Source of the DNA: Myxococcota bacterium
GTDB taxonomy: Bacteria > Myxococcota > XYA12-FULL-58-9 > JALHOP01
Length of the DNA: 20,592 nt
Assembly: GCA_041288095.1 (NCBI GenBank)
Contig: JBGGMJ010000004.1
Span: 1-20,592, forward strand
Direction of reading: 5' to 3'
A program made the position numbers and the translations under genes. Within the stretch, counting starts at the first letter, position 1, and each line of letters opens with the position of its first letter. Below are positions 16,419-20,592 of the stretch, piece by piece. The notes under the pieces were generated by a model. The model had not been told where the DNA came from. It ran no database searches and saw nothing but the letters and a program-made list of their open reading frames with translations.

Positions 16419-17525
16419 CTACGCGCCTTCTTCGTACGTGTAAGCCTCGCCGGCGTAGTTCACGAACTTCATCTGCGTGCCGTCATGGCTCGTCAGGTAC
16501 ACCGGCTGCACCGGCACCTTGCCGCCACCGTTCGGCAGGTCGACCACGTAGTGCGGAACCGCGAGGCCGCTCGTCCATCCGCGCAGCGCCCTGATGATGT
16601 TGACGCCACTCTCGACGGGAGTGCGGAAGTGCGAGGCGCCTTCGACGCTGTCGCACTGGAAGATGTAGTACGGGCGGCAGCGGTGCTTGAGCAGCCACTG
16701 GTTCATGCGGCGCACCATGGACGGGTCGTCATTGATGCCCTTGAGCAGCACCATCTGGTTGCCGACGACGCAGCCTGCATCCGCTAAAGTGGTCAACGCC
16801 CTGCCCGCTTCCTCGGTGCACTCCTTCTCGTGGTTGAAGTGCGTATTGACGAACAACGGATGGAAAGCGCGCAGCTGCGAAACGAGCTCGGGCGTGATGC
16901 GCATCGGCAACGTGACGGGGTTGCGCGTCGCGATGCGGATGATCTCGAGATGCGGAATCGAGCGCAGGTCCGCCAAAACGGCAACCAAGCGCTGGTCCGC
17001 CATGGTGAGCGGATCGCCGCCCGAGACCAAGACGTCGCGAATCGCCGGCGTCTTGCGCACGTAGTCGATGGCTTCCACCAGCTCGTCACGCTTCGGCGCG
17101 CTCGTCGGGTCGCCGACTTTGCGCTTGCGGTTGCAGTGGCGGCAGTACACCGGGCAGTTGTGGGTCGCGTAGAGCAGCGCACGGTCGGGATAGCGGTGCG
17201 TGAGGTTCGGCACCGGCATGTGGCTGTCTTCGGCGAGCGGGTCTTCGAGCTCGCTGGCGGCAACCTCGAGCTCGGCCATGACGGGCACGGCCTGACGGCG
17301 GACCGGACACTTGGGGTCCTCGCGGTCCATGATCGACGCGTAATAAGGCGTGATCGCCATCGCGAACTTGGCGCCGGCCTGCACCACCGCCTGGCGCTCG
17401 TCGTCGGTGAGCACGAGGACCTGCTCGAGCACCTCGAGTGAGCGGATACGGTGCGCCTGCTGCCACTTCCAGTCGTTCCACTGGGCGTCGCTTACATCGC
17501 GGAAGTATGGGGGGCGCGCGGCCAT
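16419..17525 (-). CDS. kamA: KamA-family radical SAM enzyme, lysine 2,3-aminomutase-like
   Basis: WNDWKWQ, AITPYY, DPLAED, LTHRYPDRAL, CPVYCRHC (CxxxCxxC), SGGDPL, NTHFNH, NQMVLLKGIND, PYYIFQCD, and PLP-lysine motif YVVDLPNGGGK. Confidence 0.93.
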   Translation of the reverse strand: MAARPPYFRDVSDAQWNDWKWQQAHRIRSLEVLEQVLVLTDDERQAVVQAGAKFAMAITPYYASIMDREDPKCPVRRQAVPVMAELEVAASELEDPLAEDSHMPVPNLTHRYPDRALLYATHNCPVYCRHCNRKRKVGDPTSAPKRDELVEAIDYVRKTPAIRDVLVSGGDPLTMADQRLVAVLADLRSIPHLEIIRIATRNPVTLPMRITPELVSQLRAFHPLFVNTHFNHEKECTEEAGRALTTLADAGCVVGNQMVLLKGINDDPSMVRRMNQWLLKHRCRPYYIFQCDSVEGASHFRTPVESGVNIIRALRGWTSGLAVPHYVVDLPNGGGKVPVQPVYLTSHDGTQMKFVNYAGEAYTYEEGA

Positions 17526-17536
17526 CTACGCCGCGC

Positions 17537-17565
17537 GCCATAACAGACGGGACCGGACCTGTCAG
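17537..17565 (-). promoter_or_regulatory. Putative sigma70-type promoter of kamA
   Basis: Minus strand CTGACA-N17-TATGGC with a TG extension (TGTTATGGC, similar to TGTTATAGC upstream of nadB). The -35 overlaps the upstream gene's stop codon. Confidence 0.4.
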
Positions 17566-20500
17566 CCGCCGATGTCGGTGCAGTCGAGATCGAGGACGTC
17601 GCCCGCGTTGTTGGTGCCGTTGCACTCGAACGTCGGGAGCGCGGGGTCCGCGTTCAGCAAGAACTCGGGATTCGCAATGACGCGGAAGTCGAGGTCAATC
17701 GGCGCCTCCGTGCTTGGCACGGTGTACACCGCGGTCACCTGCACGCTACCGCCAGGCAGCAAGTCGACCGGCAAATCGAGCAACGCGAACGGCGTCACCG
17801 TCTGCGCGGTCTGCAACGGGGTCTGGGTGGTGGTCAACCGGTAGAAGCCGATGTTGGCGTCCACACCGCGGATACCGGCGCGGCCCTTGTTGACGATACG
17901 GGCGACGACGGTGATCTGTGGCGGACAGTTTTGCAAGCTCGCGACGACCGCTTGCACCTGCAGATCGGGCGCGTTGAGCGGCACGAAGCCCGGCACGTTC
18001 TGGCGGAAGTTGTTGTAGAAGTCCGTGTTCGCGTCGCCGAACTCACACAGCGGACCGCTCGAGCCGGTCACGAAGGTCGCCTCGCAAGCCGCCGGGTTGG
18101 TCTGGGCCGCGCATTGCGAGCCGGTGTAGCAGACGCTCCAGTCGGGGACGACCCGACCGAAACGGTCCTGATTGGTGATGTGGTACGGGTGCTCGTACCA
18201 GTACGGCAGCGTCTTCACCCAGAGGTCGGAGGTGTCGCCGAAGACGGTGACGCCCCAGGTCGACTCCAGGCAGATGTATGCTTGGCCGCGCGGGTTCTCC
18301 TCGCAGGTGCCGCTGGCGCCTTGGTAAGCGTCCCAGATGCAGTCGTCGACGTGGGCTTGGCAGGTCGCGCGCGTCACGTAGGAGCCGCAGTTGTTGGCGG
18401 TGGCAGCACCGGTGACGACGACGCAGCTGGAGCCGTTCCAGCGGCAGCCGCGGGCCGCGTCGCAGTCGGCGGCCTGGGTGTGATCGGCGCACGTACAAGC
18501 GCTGCTCGGATACTGCTCCCAACCGGTGCGGCGATACGCCCAGGTCTCGCAGGTGTTGGTGCCGCTCAAGTAGCGGCAGCCTCCGTTGGCGTTGCACTCG
18601 TTGTTACTGTTCGTGTCGCCGTCAGACGTGTCGTAATTGGTCGAGCAGCTCTGGAGACAGGTCGACGTCCCGGGGTCCCAGTCGCAGCCGTTCGGACGCC
18701 AGGCGCAGACCGTGCCTCGCATCATGCAGTTCGGTGTGGCGTTGCACTCGGCGGTAACGTCGGTGCCGGCGTCGTTGGTGGTGTCCCTGACGGCGTCGCA
18801 AGTCGGTCGGCAACGGTCCGGGTCTTCGGCGGTGTTCCAGTAGCAGCCGCTTCCCGCCTCGCATTCGGTTTGGTCGTCGAGATCGGAGCAGACGCGGCAG
18901 TCACCACCGTCCATGCCGCAGCCACCCGCGACATGGCATGCGGCGGTGTTGTCAGCGCGCGTACTGCATGCGGTCGCAGCGACGACAGCCGGCTCGCACG
19001 AGGCCGCAGATGCATTGAATGCGCTGCAAGCTTCGCACGAATCGCCATCCCAACCGCAGCCGCCGAGGTTGCCACAAGCGCGGTTGTTGCCGGCGCTGCT
19101 GCAATGCGCAAAACCGAGCGCCGTGTTGAGCGGCGGTCCGCCACAGCGGTCACGTCCCGACGAGTAGCGCGACGATTGATCGCCAGTCGAGACCACGACG
19201 ATCTCGGAGTTCGAGTCACCGTCGACATCGACGACGATCGGATATTCGGTCGCGGTGCGGTGCGAGTTCGGTCGCTCGTAGAGAATGTTGCTGGTGGCGC
19301 CCTCGAAGACGCGGAAGAAGCACTCGTCGTTGTAGAGCACCTCGGCTTTGCCGTCGCCCTGGAAGTCGAAGACGCTGGTGCCGGTGACCGCCGACGATTC
19401 GTCTTGTGTCTGGTACTGCCACAAGATGCCGACCTCTTCATCGAGGGCGCCATCGACGGCCACGGTGCAAAGCTCGGGACCAGGCACCGTCGGTACGGCG
19501 ACATTGCAGCCAGAGGTCGGGTTCGACACGAGCGCCACACGCCCGGCGGCGTCGTTGGCGGCGCAGTCGGGGTCGACGACGACCATGCAGCCGGTGCCGG
19601 CGAAGCTCACCTCGGGGCGACCGTCACCGTCGAAGTCGGCGATGTTGGGCGGGCCGCCGCGGTTCGCGAGCAGCTGGAAGGCCAGGTTGGTCGTGCTACC
19701 GGGGACGCGCGAGCGCAGTACCTCGCCATTCTCGCCACTGACGATGTAGACCGCGCCGGCGTAGACGATGGCCACTTCCGGCGTGTTGGTCGGGCGATTG
19801 TACGGCGGCTGCGTGTTGTCGACGAAGTCACCAACGCCGGGGAAGCCGCGACCGTCGCCAATGTCCTCGGTGACCGGCGCTTGATTGTTGCCGCCACCCG
19901 CGTAGTGCGCCGACCACAAGGGATCAGCGACCCAACCAGCGCTACCGGTGATGCGGCCGGGCGGGACGGCGCCCGTCGGATTGCGCTGGATCGTCCAAGC
20001 GCGGTCGCCCGCGAGTAGCTCGGGCTTACCGTCGAGATTGACGTCCGCTACAGCGGATATCGCGAAACATTCGTCGTCGGCGTCGGTGCAGCGCGAGCCG
20101 GTGTTGCTCTCGGCGGCCTGATTGGTCGTACCGAGGTCGACGAGAATCGACGCGCTCGCGCCATTGTCACGGACGACGACGCCGGCCAAGACGATCTCGA
20201 CGACGCCGTCGGCGTCGAAGTCCGCGAGGTGCGGAGCGCCGCCACTGAAGCGGGTATCCAAGCTGCCCGCGGTGGTGCACCACTTGAGGGCGGCGGTACC
20301 GGTACGCGGCGCACCACTCGTGTCGTAGGGATCGTAGGCACAGAGACCATTCTTGTGCGCCGTCACCAGCTCGAGCTGCGCGTCGCCGTCGAGATTACCG
20401 ATCGCGACGTGGCCGCGCGTCTCGCCGTAGATGACCATCTTGCTGCGCTGTTGCTTCGACGGGGTGCCGCTCGCCGGCAGGTCGGCTTCGGCGCGACCGT

Positions 20501-20591
20501 CAGCGATGATCAGCAAGTTGCCATTGGTGTTGTCGAACTCGTCGTCGGCGTAGGCCTTGAAGACGACTTCGGGAACAAACTGCCCGCCGCC
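17562..20591 (-). CDS. Large FG-GAP/VCBS beta-propeller surface protein with Cys-rich repeat insert and C-terminal CARDB-like Ig domain; 5'-truncated
   Basis: The frame stays open to the window edge (GGGQFVPEVVFKAY...). Ca-binding blades GNLDGDAQLELV, ADFDADGVVEIV, ADVNLDGKPELL, ADFDGDGRPEV, FDFQGDGKAEVLY, VDVDGDSNSEIVVV. Myxobacterial-type closure WVKT..YHITN...NNFRQN, then APDLQV...ECNGTNN. Confidence 0.92.
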   Translation of the reverse strand, partial: GGGQFVPEVVFKAYADDEFDNTNGNLLIIADGRAEADLPASGTPSKQQRSKMVIYGETRGHVAIGNLDGDAQLELVTAHKNGLCAYDPYDTSGAPRTGTAALKWCTTAGSLDTRFSGGAPHLADFDADGVVEIVLAGVVVRDNGASASILVDLGTTNQAAESNTGSRCTDADDECFAISAVADVNLDGKPELLAGDRAWTIQRNPTGAVPPGRITGSAGWVADPLWSAHYAGGGNNQAPVTEDIGDGRGFPGVGDFVDNTQPPYNRPTNTPEVAIVYAGAVYIVSGENGEVLRSRVPGSTTNLAFQLLANRGGPPNIADFDGDGRPEVSFAGTGCMVVVDPDCAANDAAGRVALVSNPTSGCNVAVPTVPGPELCTVAVDGALDEEVGILWQYQTQDESSAVTGTSVFDFQGDGKAEVLYNDECFFRVFEGATSNILYERPNSHRTATEYPIVVDVDGDSNSEIVVVSTGDQSSRYSSGRDRCGGPPLNTALGFAHCSSAGNNRACGNLGGCGWDGDSCEACSAFNASAASCEPAVVAATACSTRADNTAACHVAGGCGMDGGDCRVCSDLDDQTECEAGSGCYWNTAEDPDRCRPTCDAVRDTTNDAGTDVTAECNATPNCMMRGTVCAWRPNGCDWDPGTSTCLQSCSTNYDTSDGDTNSNNECNANGGCRYLSGTNTCETWAYRRTGWEQYPSSACTCADHTQAADCDAARGCRWNGSSCVVVTGAATANNCGSYVTRATCQAHVDDCIWDAYQGASGTCEENPRGQAYICLESTWGVTVFGDTSDLWVKTLPYWYEHPYHITNQDRFGRVVPDWSVCYTGSQCAAQTNPAACEATFVTGSSGPLCEFGDANTDFYNNFRQNVPGFVPLNAPDLQVQAVVASLQNCPPQITVVARIVNKGRAGIRGVDANIGFYRLTTTQTPLQTAQTVTPFALLDLPVDLLPGGSVQVTAVYTVPSTEAPIDLDFRVIANPEFLLNADPALPTFECNGTNNAGDVLDLDCTDIGG
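18303..19103 (-). repeat. Array of about 8 degenerate 4-Cys protein repeats, C-x(7-17)-C-x(5-6)-C-x-W/M/Y-x(4-8)-C
   Basis: Examples: CSSAGNNRACGNLGGCGWDGDSC, CSDLDDQTECEAGSGCYWNTAEDPDRC, CADHTQAADCDAARGCRWNGSSC, CGSYVTRATCQAHVDDCIWDAYQGASGTC. The repeat is visible at protein level only. Confidence 0.85.
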
Positions 20592-20592
20592 A

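Noticed and set aside
17931-20018. 695-aa plus-strand ORF
   Set aside because: Antisense to the FG-GAP gene, with V/G/A/R-rich shadow composition.

Overview
High-GC bacterial chromosomal DNA, most consistent with a Myxococcota/deltaproteobacterial genome (inferred from gene content). Both edges cut through genes. From left to right: a 5'-truncated Rep/UvrD-family helicase; four orphan ORFs (86, 155, 429 and about 311 aa); a translationally coupled hrpB-dinB pair on the minus strand; a divergent nadB-lytic transglycosylase-pgsA-GT9 heptosyltransferase operon; a perfect 25-bp AT-rich inverted repeat; a stand-alone cNMP-binding protein; a large ArnT/PMT-like GT-C glycosyltransferase; a 209-aa orphan; a KamA-family radical SAM aminomutase; and a 5'-truncated FG-GAP/CARDB surface protein with a cysteine-rich repeat array. 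I saw no rRNA, tRNA, CRISPR array or transposase. Three signals are not explained by the gene calls. (1) A bipartite motif RCAAC-N14-RSCGAWA has identical spacing upstream of all three independently starting orphan units and was not seen upstream of the housekeeping genes, which suggests an alternative-sigma regulon of unknown proteins. (2) A REP/MITE-like palindrome supplies the GT9 stop codon. (3) The 4-Cys repeats in the surface protein appear to be nested. All calls were made by eye, with no database searches.
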